Source: Antedon mediterranea (Eukaryota > Animalia > Echinodermata). Taken from it: DNA of 64,000 nucleotides. The notes beneath the pieces are model-generated. The model saw only the letters and a list, made by a program, of their open reading frames with translations. It was not told where the DNA came from and searched no databases. Position numbers and translations under genes: made by a program. The stretch covers positions 7,998,001 to 8,062,000 of the forward strand of contig NC_092680.1 in assembly GCF_964355755.1 (NCBI RefSeq), read 5' to 3'. Positions 1 to 12,865 of the stretch are shown here, piece after piece (the first letter of the stretch is position 1; every line of letters begins with the position of its first letter).

Positions 1-714
1 AACGAAAAGGTATGCACTAATATTAATTGATAATCAGGACGGTCTTCCAAAGTGATGTCTTCCATAAGTGCACAAGTAATAAGTGCTCAACTTATATTGT
101 TGGTTTCAAAAGTTCCATCCATTGCAAGATACTGTAGGCTGTTTATTGTCGCAAGAAATGATGCCACGTGTAACGGAATGGTGTTTATCATCACAGAACC
201 GATTCATTTCAGCCGATTCTCGGTACTGTATCTATTTCCAAAGTATCACAGGAATATTTGGTAGTACAACATCACGTGTATTTCACGTGTATCTAGTAGC
301 AACGGCGGAGTAAAAATAGTATTTGTTTAGAATTTGTTTTAAAGTTTTATAGGTTTAAAGATATAAGAAGAAAACAAATGAAAAGGTATATGCATAAATA
401 ATATTGATAATCTAATACGTGTCTTCCATAATAAGAGCACAGAAAATCTAAAATGATATATGCATCGCTGTTACAATGCGATTCGATCATTACACCTACA
501 AATAGGCCTATATGCCACCAGTATTTACAGTGACAAAATGGTGTACAGTTTGAGGAATACAGGAGATTTATAATCGTTCTTGTTAATATCTATATTTATT
601 TTGAAATTATTTTTGTTACGAATAAAATATAATTTAATTAAAAATCATTTCACGCTTCTATTTCCTCTTCTTTGCTATTCAACCCAATTTATGATTCCAA
701 GGTTTAGGTTATTA

Positions 715-3700
715 TCACTCCATATTTGGTCTAGTTTCATTTCTTTGATTCTTATATAACCTGCCTCTGCCCCTGTTTAACCGGAAAACAACAACACCAA
801 ACGACAATCCAGATATGGCATAAAGAACAGCACATATGTGTAACGTCAGTTTGTACGAACCGGTTGAATCATATAGGTTATCTTAAAAATAAAATAGTAA
901 TCTTGTTAATATAATCAATATTCACATATTTTACAAAATCCTTCCTTTTTTCTTACTTTTTCTATTAATCAACTGAGTTAAATCACCATTGTTTATCATA
1001 TTATAGTAGCTCTGATATTATTTCAGTTAGTTCTTATAGGCATACTTAACCGTTCATAAATGTCAAAAATTAATGTTCTCTCTTGAACAAATACAATTGA
1101 AGTAGGCCTACACAGTATGAAAAAAGACTATCATTATAATTGAACAATTTACCTGCAACTGCTTGGCTTACTATCGACCCTACACCTATAAGAGAGTAGG
1201 CCACAGACATCGCCTCCGCCGATAATTGTTTCCCAAATATTTCAACACAAACGGGAAGAACGAGCATCAGTAAGCAAGTTCTTGGTAAACTTAACCCTAA
1301 ACAAAAAGAAAATATAACTTGTCAATGTGAACGTTCTACGCTGATTAGAATTAAGTCATACCTCATTGAGCCTAGTCTACTCTAGCAAACTTTTGTTTTA
1401 AACCGTGCACTCCACTATTATTTAGGGAGTATTACTGAGGCTGTCAACTTGAAGATCACATTTACTTTAGCTAGGCTAGGGTTACTACGGTACACATAAA
1501 GATATCTAATAACGGGAAAGTATAAGTAAGTTATCACTATTTTGAAATGTATAGGCCTACAGTCTTCAAAATGATGTATTCCAAAACAAAAACAAAAACA
1601 AAACATGAGGGGCTTACCTATTAACAAAACATTGACGAATGTATTTGATATATTGAGAGATAGTAATATGGATATAACAAATAGAGCTAAGTTCATTATG
1701 GTAATAATGAAAGTAAGAGAAGTTGGAAGCCAACTTGCAACCAGTACAAAGAGAACACGTGTCATAAGATCAGTAAACCCCATGCCGCTCAAAACACGCA
1801 CAATCTCTTGTGATGTAGCACCTCTATCATTCATAAAGTTACCCTGCAGAAAAATATAAAATCAAACAAAAGTTTTCAAATCGGTTATTGACCAATGATG
1901 ATCAATTAACATGTGTCAAACGCTGACGTGCGGCGTGGACACGTTGTCTTTTTTATTTAAGATTAAGTTTGAAATAAGAATTTACAGTACAGTATTTAGT
2001 TTTAGATTTGCAAGGATTTACGTAAGTATCGTTTTCGATTTTTTTTTCTCGCGATGACGGCATGGCACTCCCCAAAAAGGTTGAAATGAATATGTCCTAG
2101 GACTAAAATCACCGTCGACCGATTGACAAACAAATGCCAAACTAAAATTAACTTCAAAATACCTCCATATGACGTCATAAGTCCTAATGCCTTATGTCGT
2201 CGAAAATCGGAAGTTCCCTAATAATGTCCACATTTTTATTTTTCCTTTCCGTACTGCAAATATTTACTGAGTTCCAAAGAAAATTAATTTGAATTAAAGT
2301 ACGTGTTTATTTGTATCGTAACGGAGAAAGGAACTTTTATTACCGACATAATACTTACAGCACAGACAAAGCTGAAGGTGATTGCAAGCGAATAGAGAAA
2401 AAACATAGGTTGACATAGCCAAAAATTTAAATTTTTCAACATCATTTTCAGCAAAAGAACTTTGCTGATCACGCCTGATTTGTTCTTTTTTAAAGCTTTC
2501 CCAATATTTTTTAATTCTTGACCATCAATTTGAGCTATGTCTTCACTAATTTCAATCTCTGTTGAATATTTCATTTCATATTTTTTATCTGTATTCATTG
2601 AGAAACTTTCATCAAATTCCGACAAATTAATGTTTTCATTATAGGTGTGTGATACTTCATCATAAGTCGAAGGTTGTGTTGCCTTATGAACTTCGGTATC
2701 AGCACTCGTTTCTTTTTCCGGTATTCTATCATATAAATCATATCCGATTTCCGTTGAATCATATATTGTTGATCTTTGGCCTTCGGAATGCATTTCAACT
2801 GGCAGACGTATTGGAATTGCGGCCAAAAGTCCGATACACATTCCAAAAGCACCATATACTCTTAAAGTGTTTTTAAATCCATACAATAAAAAAATGTTCT
2901 CCAATAATGGTGAGGTTATCGCAATCCCTGCAAAACAAAAAGTAACATACCAAATCATGATAATGTATAATAATAATATAATACTTAATAGCTTGCCCGC
3001 GCTGATTGAGGCTAATGATGTGAAATGTATTAAAGAAAAGTATACAGGCCGGCAGAACCAGCCCTGATGGAATCTATGAAAAAGGTAACATTGAGACACC
3101 ATTTTTAGATACACTATTGAAACATACCTGTTCCTATTCCAGTGAGAACGGCAACACATGCTCGATTGTAATTCTTTCCAGAGAAATGATAAATAAGGAT
3201 CTGTAGTGCAGGAATATGAACAAAGTTACATCCTAATCCATATAGGGTTCCATACGAGAACATGATAAATATATGACTTTGTGAGACAAAAGTTGTCGTT
3301 ATGAGACCGGTTCCACACATAACTACGCCGATGATAACGATTGGACGGAAGCCTACTGTTTGACACAGGATTGTAGTAAGTGGCGTTACAATGTTCATTA
3401 TTCCGATGGAAACAGCACCAACAGCACCTGAAATAATTGGAAAACAACTTTATTCTGCCAACTACAGTATTTTGTTTATTTTGCAGAGGCTCAAATAATC
3501 TGATTGAATGAATCTGCTTCATTTGTTACGGTCAGTCTAATTACCGAAAACAACCGAAAACAACCATAAACAACCAAAAACAAAATAAAATAATCTAAAT
3601 ACCGAAAACTAATTTTGTATAATATTTTTTTTAATGTCGCCCTCTATTGATGGGTGTTTCTAAAGACCATAACAGAGAGAAAACCGCGCGCGGAAAAGTT

Positions 3701-6605
3701 AAGGAAGACCCTACGAAATGGTAGTGTGCACAAAATACAACTAAAAATCGTACAATCAATCAATGATAACATCGCATTTACTTACAGAATCTATAAAAAT
3801 ATTTTAATTTTAGTCTTTCGATTTTTGATCCAGAAACGAACGCATTTACTCTTCACAATAATTGTGAATCACGTTAATCCATAGTATAGAAAGTAAATTG
3901 ACTATGGTTAATCATGACATACTCCATGATCATGATCAATTTAATTATAGATTTTCAAAGATAATAATACAAAAATGATATTTTTAAGAATATTGATAAT
4001 ATTAGGGACTATAAAGTATACTTAAAACCAGCTCACAATAAAGGACTCATAATAAAATCTATTCAGTAAAATTACCGTAGTCGAGTAAATAACGTTTTTA
4101 TCCTTAATCACTTCAGTATTAACTGAAGTGACGAAAACCGGGGATGAAAACGCAAAGTTAGGTAAAATCATGCTTTGTTTTGAAAAGACTAAAAACGAAA
4201 TGTGTTTTGTAAGTAAATGTAGTCTACGGTGTATTTCATTGAATTTGTACGATTTTGAGTTGTATTTTAATTGTGCACACTACCATTTCGTAGGGTCTTC
4301 CTAGGCGCGGTTTTCTCTCTGTATGGTCTTAGCTTTAGAAACACCCATCAATAGAGGGCGACATTAACAAAAATATTATACAAATTTGTTTTCGGTATTT
4401 AGATTTTTTATTTTGTTTTCGGTTTGTTTTCGGTTTATTTTCGGTTGTTTACGGTTGTTTGTGGTTGTTTCCGGTTATTTTCGGTTGTTTTCGGTAATTA
4501 GACTGACCCACTTGTTGGGGTAGGCTGAGCAACCAACCAGACAGACTGCATAGACAGGCCTACTACTATTTCAACATATTATTGTACAACAGTACATTTT
4601 CTCTTAATATTTATAACTTTGTAATATATTTTCCCTCAAATTCAGACTAGTTAAAAAATGCTTTACTATTATTGGTCATGATATGCACGTAAAAATACGA
4701 CGCATTATAGACTATTTGTTAATTGAACTACATTATAATTATACTGAATAATGTGTAATAATAATAATATTTATTTGGAACAACACTTTTTTAACAGTGG
4801 CACACATGCGTAGATGGTGCGTCCATACCAATTACAAAATTCAATACAAAAACAATGAAAAATAAAAACTGAAACGAAAATAAAACATATTTGAGATAAT
4901 GACATAAAATTTGACTCGACGCTATTACAAAACTTATTTACAAACTAAAACTACACTAATACAACTACTAATTTTGCAACAGCAATGGAAAAGAAAACAC
5001 TTTTTTTTTAAATAAAACAGTTCAAAGTTGTAATACAATTGCATTTCTTAATTTCCAAGTACGGCTTGTGTACATTTTACAATAACTGTCAAATACAGCA
5101 TAAATGTCGTGAGAGTTATTTTTATGGAATAACGTGCTTCCTAGGACATATTGAACCTTAATAGATAGGTCACCAGAAATAAAATTTACCCAAGTATCTA
5201 CACAATTTATTGCAATAAGTTTACGTTGAAGTGTTTGTAATTCTTCCATTCTAATACAATGTAACTTATTACAAATAAACAGGAAATGTTTAACATCTTC
5301 TTCACGTGAACCACAAACCTTACACTTGTCATTTAGATTATCAATGTTCCACTTATTTGTAATTTTTCCAAGTGGTAAAGTGTTTGAACGAAGTTTAAAT
5401 TTTAAACTTGAGCCATAACAATCTGTTTTATCCAGTAGGTAGGTTCTAGGCCAGGTAACTCTTTTATCAAAGAGTAATCAAGCAAAGATGATTTTCTTAA
5501 TACTTGTTGTTTCCAAAAAGTAGAATACGATTGTTTAATTGTATTTTCAAATGGCTTGACCCAGTTTATATCAATATCAGTACCTGTACATTTATCATCA
5601 TTAAGAATGGCATTGAAATCGAACTTAATATAATCACAAGTTTTTTCAAATTCATTAATAAATTGGTACCTTGAATTAAAATTCTTATGTCTAATAATTG
5701 TGTTTAATATAAGTTTTGGCCAACGATACATTTCCATACACATAACATTTCTTATATATTTTGCTTTAAAAATATCCTGAGTTACTTTAATTGGTTGCCA
5801 ACCTAGATCGCCATAAAGTGCCTCTTTTGCAGTGCTTCTACTCGCTTTAAGAATTGTTCGCGCCATTTGTAATTGAAGAGACTCAATCCTTTGTATGTCT
5901 TTAGCATTTGTATTAACACATACAGCACAAGCATAGTTAATAGTCGGAAGGCCGATACTTCTCCAAAGGATATCTCCATATACAACACGATCAAAATTGT
6001 TGAGTCTATCTATAGGCCTAATAGATTTAATGTACGCAATGATCCTATTGCCCTTTTTAATAACTTGATTGATGTGGAAATTGTCTTTTAGATTTCTAGA
6101 ACAACCACCGATAACCTTTCAACTTATACTGATTAGGCTACGCATTGTATTGTATACTGCTGGAATAATAATTTAATATCGAGAACTCAGTGGTAGTAGT
6201 GGCTATGAGTCATCAGAGTTGTGTCACCGACAAATTTTGTAATTAACTATTGAATATGTTTGCTAATTTCTCAACGATATCATTTTGTTAGGTTTAATTG
6301 TTGTTGTATATCGTTCAAAACACCTCCCATTGAATCCATACATGATCGATCAGTCTGTGGTCCATGACATAATGATGATAAACAAGTTGACCTTGGTAGC
6401 TCAATGATCGCTGCTATGTAAATACACACTAGAAATTGAGTATTGTGTGTGTAATGCACTTACCTATTTCACTGGCTGTTGCATTAAATTCATTTTGAAA
6501 TTCAAGATGTAGAAGATTGTAGTTAAATAATAAACCAAGAAATACCAAGTTGATGATAAATGCGCCTAAAACCAGTACAGTGCTAGAAGATACAAACTTG
6601 TACAT
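715..6605 (-). CDS. Monocarboxylate transporter (SLC16/MCT family, MFS); 6 coding exons: 6464-6605, 3128-3427, 2359-2927, 1618-1843, 1153-1296, 715-881
   Basis: All introns are GT-AG with compatible phases. The protein begins MYKFVSSSTVLVLGAFIINLVFLG...EFQNEFNATASEIGAVGAV (TM1-TM2). It contains GFRPIVIIG (loop 2-3), SYGTLYGLG, a long acidic central loop, LPVCVEIFG and LYDSTGSY before the last TM, all typical of SLC16. The stop TGA is at 715-717. Confidence 0.88.
3530..4508. mobile_element. Non-autonomous DNA transposon (MITE/foldback) with long terminal inverted repeats, in intron 1 of the MCT gene
   Basis: Left end ggtcagtctaattaccgaaaac, right end gttttcggtaattagactgacc. Inverted similarity runs more than 200 bp inward (e.g. 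cgccctctattgatgggtgtttctaaag / ctttagaaacacccatcaatagagggcg). No clean TSD. Confidence 0.85.
4756..6095 (-). mobile_element. 5'-truncated, frameshifted non-LTR retrotransposon (LINE) 3' end
   Basis: Broken ORF pieces ARTILKASRSTAKEALYGDLGW, RWPKLIL and KLRSNTLPL, a CCHC knuckle (CKVC...KHFLFIC), then aataaa and a (TAT)n tail near 4756-4775. Confidence 0.75.
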
Positions 6606-8109
6606 GGTGTAGGCCTATATTGAATGTCATAAAATACTATTAACAATATTGATAATAACTAGTCATTGTTAGGTACCCTGGTAGTTGATACGTAAATACT
6701 GTGGGTACTTCTCTATCGACGAGTCCTTGACCCTTGACACATCTTCGTAGTTGTGTTGGAGTTTCGCTTTCTTCGGATAGGAGTTTCCACAAAATTGTGT
6801 TCGGTGTGAGGAAGGGCGCCGTTTACGGCTGCGGTGCGCGTGTTTCTCTGCATGCTTATATAGCGCCCTCTATAATGTTCTCTATTATGTCATAATTATC
6901 ATGAATTATTCATGATTTCTGCCCACGTTCGTCCTGGAAAAAAAATTAATTTTTGTTAACTCTCTAATTACCAACTAAAAAGGAAAATAGAAGCAACATT
7001 GTATGTAAATGGAATATAAAACCAAAATGACAGTCGTTTTAATTAATTGGTGTATCTCATTATAACTTTGTTTTGTTTTGTTTTATTTTGACTTAATTTG
7101 TGCTACTTAGTTTTGTTATTTTTGTATTTTATAAGTAATGATGGAGTAAGAGCAGTTTTCTGTTTGGGCTCATGCCTATTACTTGCTCCTGGCAAGATGA
7201 ATTGTAAAATGTACTTTATGAACTTTTGCCGAATAAATATTATTATTATTATTAATAATCCTTAGCCTAGTATAGGCTTATGCAGTATACCATATCATCA
7301 ATCAATAGACCAATCGGTCGGGAAGTTGGTTAATTAGCATATATCCAAAATTGCCGCTATTTAATGGTTGGCTTTAGACCACCTAAGTGCATTACCATAG
7401 ATAAATGTGATATTAAACTTTCCAGAATTGGCATGTTTAACCATATTGTACCATCGTACCTAATGGCATAAAATAGTTATGACGTAATATTATGTCACAA
7501 TAATGCTCAATTGAAATTTTTCTAAGATAAAACTCTAGAAACCATAGGAAAAGATATTAAAATCTCATGAAAATATAACATTAAACACATTCAGGTTAAG
7601 CTCATGTGTAGCCTATCAGAAGTTATATTTCAGCCACCCTTTACAACATGCACTAGAACATTCCAATTAATTTTCTGCATGAACTGCGCATAACTACAAT
7701 CTCATATATATTTAAATAAAATAGATCTGAAGTTTAACTTCGACCCTTACTCACTCTATCCTGAATCTGGATTACAGTTTCTCATCCAAAGTAGGCCTAC
7801 ATGCATATAAAATGTAATAGTTATGGAAAACTTCAAAGCAAAAATGTTTTTCTTTGCCAGGAATCAAAGCTACTGTATCCAAAGGGTCCATCATCAGGCA
7901 CAAACGTCTACTTCACTGACTTCTCTAAATGTCTTGTTAATTTTGAACTGAAGAAAATCCTTGTTTAATATTTCATCCCTTTGATTCTTTACAAATAAAG
8001 ATGTTGAAAATTTGCTCTTTGGGATGTTTTTTTTTATCCACTATTTTGTGTCTTAAAACGCAATCGGTGGTTATTTTTTTAATAATGGAAAAGTAATCAA
8101 TTTAATAAA

Positions 8110-11010
8110 CTAGATGGTACGCTCGCTTCGCTCGCGTACCATCTAGGTCGTGCCCACGGATGGTTCTCGAATACATATTAATTTCAGCGTAAAAAAACTG
8201 GCGATTTCAAATGTACGTACCGCATGACTATAACACATTGTCGTTTACAGAAACAAATAAATAGACACAATGATTTATGTAGTCAACCAAAATTAGCACC
8301 CTGTGTGTTTTTTGTATCTAACATTAGGGTTGAGGGTTGGGGATGAGGATAGATACAAAGAGGAACAATTTTTTAATATATTCTTTATATTAAATTATTC
8401 TTTATATTTCTTTATTATCCACTCAGTAACGAAAAATTTTTTCATGTTTTATAGGCCTATAAATAGTATACCACTAAATAGAGTAAAACATTTGCGATTT
8501 AATACTTTGTTAAAACTGTCACTGTCATAGTCGACTGAAATAGTAAAGTACATGTAACGATACACCACTACGACGTTTATATTTTTTGTAATTATTAATT
8601 AATACAAACGTTAAGAAGCAACTGTCAGTAATAAAGTATTATATTATTATGTGTTTATAATCTAAAAGTAGGGGCTACCCACCCACACAGTAATAAAGTT
8701 GATTTGTATATTTGTTTATATTATATCTAACAGTACCAATACTCACAATAAGAAACTTGCGATTCAAATGGCGATCAAAAGTGGTTACCTAATTACAGTA
8801 TTGTATAGCATTTCAATACTATTTATGTTTATTCTCTAAGGGCCCATAAATTTACCTACTTGTGTTAAACCATGGAGGTATGCATCCATGGTTATTAAAC
8901 CAAATAATTTGGAATGTTCCATTCATCGCAAATCAATACATTTGTATAAACGTATATTTAAATCTATCAAAATAGTATTTTTTTTAAGAAAATCGGCCTG
9001 TCTTCAACATTATGATGCTGTACTCGAGCTGTTCAACCGGTTTTCAGCCATTAAAAACAATTATCGTAGGAGGAGATAGGAAAATGCAAAGCATCCTCGT
9101 ATTATCGTCTGCGGGTATTTTTCAAGATGGACATCCATTGTAAATGGCACCTTTCCTGACACCCTTAAACTAGCTAAAGTAACTCCTATTTTTAAAACTG
9201 GTGACAAATCTGATTCCAGTAATTACCGTCCTATATCAGTGCTACCGATCTTTTCCAAAATACTTGAACGCCTTATTTATGATCGAACATACAATTATCT
9301 TCAAAAAAATAGTATACTTTACAATAAACAATTTGGCTTTCGTAAGAACTATAATACATCCACCGCACTTCTTCAATTAACAAATGAAATTGTTGGGGCT
9401 TTCGAGAGGGGTGAATTTGCCATTGGTATTTTCATTGACCTCTCGAAGGCCTTTGATACAATTGATCACGATATTTTATTATATAAGTTACATACTTATG
9501 GAATCCGTGGCCCTGTATATAATTTATTCAAAAGCTACCTTTCAAACCGCAAGCAATGCACTAAATTTAAACACACCCTTTCTGATTTTCTTCCTATTAT
9601 TTGTGGAGTCCCTCAAGGTTCCCTGCTTGGGCCTCTATTATTTTTATTATACATAAATGATATCCATAATGCCTCAAATATGTTTTCTTTTCTGTTGTAT
9701 GCTGATGACACAACCCTTATTTACACTGATAAAAATATAGATTCCCTTTTTAAAATATCAACCGAAAATCTACCCAAAATTTTAACATACTTTTCTGCAA
9801 ACAAACTTTCTGTTAATCTAAAAAAGTGCTGTTGTATGGTGTTCAAAAATTCACAAATACCACTAAATACTAGTACTTTTAAACTAAAAATTAAAGATCA
9901 ATTAATACCTATTGTTGAGAAAACTAAATTTCTTGGTGTTTATCTGGACTGTAAGCTAAATTGGAAACATCAGATTACTCAAGTCGAAAACAAAATATCC
10001 AAAAGTTCTGGTATCATATATAGATTATCATCTTTCATCCCTCAAAACATACTCCGGATTCTTTACTGTTCACTAATCCTCCCTTACCTCACTTACTGTA
10101 ATATTATTTGGGGTAATACATACCCGTCCTACTTAAACAAACTGTTATTGATCCAAAAGAAAACCGTAAGATACATAGCAAATGCTCCTCCTTTATCCCA
10201 TTCCAATCCTTTATTTTCTTCATTTGGTCTTCTTAAAATTCAGGATATTAACCATCTTCAACAAAGTGTTTTCCTCTATTCATGGCTAAACTCGATCCTG
10301 CCATCACACTTTAATGATTTATTTGGTTTCAATCTTAATTTTCATAACCACAGTACTCGGAGCGCAAATCAAATACGTATTCCTTTTTTTAAAACTACTT
10401 CTTTTAAACATAGCATTAAGTTCACTGGTCCTAAACTTTGGGATAACGTACCAGTTAATATAAAAAGTGCTTTGTCTAAGAAGAGTTTTTCTTTTAAATT
10501 GAAACGGCACCTCTTATCTAGTTATGTTTAATTATCCTTTCACTCATTGTAGTTTTGATATTTAGTCTTTTCGGTATCCTGAATCTAAAAGTCTTCATTA
10601 CTGTTTTTGTCCTGTTTCCGGTTCCCGTGTTGTCCTGTTTTTTTTTTTTTCATTTTCTATGGGCTGCCTTATACAAGCTTTGCTTTTTAGGAATGTTGCC
10701 CCTCTTATTTCAATAATTTTTACTGCTAATTTTTATTTTCTATGAAAGACAAGAGAAATAAATGTTACTTTGATAGACAGTGTATACCACGATCGGAAAA
10801 CACCCCTATTTGGAGAAAATCGTTGAACCTAAATTTGTTTTAATCGTCAATAACTAATTATCGAACTCAATTTAATTAGCAAACAGGGTTACATCAGGCG
10901 GTTAAAATCAGTACCGAAAGTACGAACCAACTTTATATACCATCGAGTAAACATTCTAGAAATAACGCGCGATTTACCGAATTTTGCCCTTACGTAAATT
11001 GATATATAGA
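8110..11010 (-). mobile_element. Non-autonomous Helitron carrying a nested LINE
   Basis: On the minus strand it starts a|TCtatatatc (11010) and ends with the hairpin ctagatggtacgcgagcgaagcgagcgtaccatCTAG|t (8110). This gives the canonical 5' TC, 3' hairpin + CTAG and A|T insertion site, with no TSD. Confidence 0.75.
9130..10762 (+). mobile_element. 5'-truncated CR1/L2-group LINE with uninterrupted reverse transcriptase ORF (9239-10531)
   Basis: The frame is open from about 9132 (GTFPDTLKLAKVTPIFKTGDKSDSSNYRPISVLP) through QFGFR, FIDLSKAFDTIDH, GVPQGSLLGPLLFLLYINDI, YADD, KFLGV and GPKLW. A T-rich 3' UTR ends in aataaa near 10757. Confidence 0.93.
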
Positions 11011-12865
11011 TAAAATTGATGATCTCCATCTGCATTCAGCGTTTCTATTCCATTTTCCTGACATTTTCTGTCAAGTCAGTTGACACTGCTTGTTGTCTAA
11101 TACTGTAGATTAGTAATGGTAAGTTTGAAAATGACTTTACCTCAACCACCCCTTTTGAATTCCGTTGATGTGTTAAGCAGTACGGTATCTTTAACTGATG
11201 GTTCTTCACAGTATAGTTGGCACATTATTTGAATATCCTTGTTATGCTCATTGAATTTTGAAAACAGCGTTCGAAATATAAACGTTATATGCCATAAAAA
11301 GTCGTTGGTTCACAAATGAAACCAAAGACATCAGACGCAATATGTCTAGCAATGAAATAGCAACTATAATAAAATAGGAGATTCTAACTATACCGAAACT
11401 GCAGTATACCATTTATCATTTCACGTGTCATCTCAATTTTGGATAAACCCAGTTGTGGAATTGAGATGAGTTTGAATTGTAGGATGTGTTTTAATAGCCT
11501 GAAACACAAACAATGCTTTCATTACAATATTATCCTCCCATTGTAAAAGTTGTAAAAGATGTTAGTTGTTGCAAACACAAAACAAAATGTGCGTGTGAGC
11601 ACAAATCAGTTGCTGAAATACAGTTGATGATCACAACCTTTCATAACTTTTATTTTTTAATGCCATTTTGTAAATCAATTTCAACAGGAAAAATGTCAAG
11701 AAAGTTGTTTTCCTGCGGTTTTTACATCTTCTCTATATTTCTCTCTTCCTTGGGTTTATTAAATAGCAGCCATTTTTAATGTATGCTAATTAACCCCCTT
11801 CATGATGTCTGATTTTGGTAAACCTTGGATATCATGTTCATTTCAACAGGAAAATGTTAGAAAATTGTTTTCCTGCAGTTTCTACATTTTTTAGCATAGG
11901 ATAATGTAATTTCAACAACTACCTTATGACAGCATAGTTACCTCATAATAGTAATTTCATAATGATGTTCATTTGTTCTTGTTTCACCCGTACTTTTACT
12001 AGATACAATGTTGTATTTAATGTCTTTTTTGGTCCTATATAATACTGTTATTTTACATATCTTAATAATCATTAACATTTGCTAGTTGTGTTACTTTGAT
12101 ATAAATATAATAATTTATTTTTACATGTAGTTGCATAATATTATTATATTGTTATTTTTTAACACACACTCTTTTAACTCTAATCTTATCTCTAAATCTA
12201 CTTATTTACATTTTTCGAGAAAATCCACTTGTATCCAATTAAAATATCACATTTTAAAAGGTTTATGGAAATGTAGAATTAATTGTTAGCTAAAAATATA
12301 AAAATAACACTGTATATAAATTCTTTTTACAATGTATACACATCTATCAATCATAATTGTTTACATTTTTGTTATCCAACCAAATAAATGGTAGATACAT
12401 ATATAAACGAAACTGTCTGTTATTTAGCAGCCAGTTAATAGCCATAAGTCTCAACTTATTGTAGAAGTTTTTGTATTTTGATCCATACAAGTTTCGCAAT
12501 TCGTTTCATTCATCGGGTGAATTCGTTAGAATTTTTATTTAGTAAAATCAACTACGCCTGTAAGAATAACGATTCAAATATCTATTCGGTTATTCGACCG
12601 ATCACTAGAACCTAGATTAGTTAAAAGCATCAGGTTTTACACCTGAGTAACCGTGTACATTATTTGAAGGCCTAATATCACGACGATAAACATAGGCATA
12701 TTGACGTTGTGTCGGTACTAAACTGTTTCACATTGCCTTTGTACCGTACACAACATTAACAACAGCTACATCTTTTCAAGTTGTTTATTAGTACCGTATC
12801 TTGTGTGATGATCTACTATACCTGCTTTATAAAGTTTCTATATATCTAAAATACCAAACACAATA

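Noticed and set aside
6855-6870. Minus-strand TATA-like element upstream of the MCT gene
   Set aside because: It lies within a repeat also present at about 14520-14640, so it cannot be supported as the promoter from sequence alone.
9239-10531. 430-aa reverse transcriptase as a retron, DGR or domesticated RT system
   Set aside because: Its motifs and 3' UTR are those of an ordinary 5'-truncated CR1/L2-group LINE. The frame extends upstream with no true start codon, and no partner gene or ncRNA is seen.
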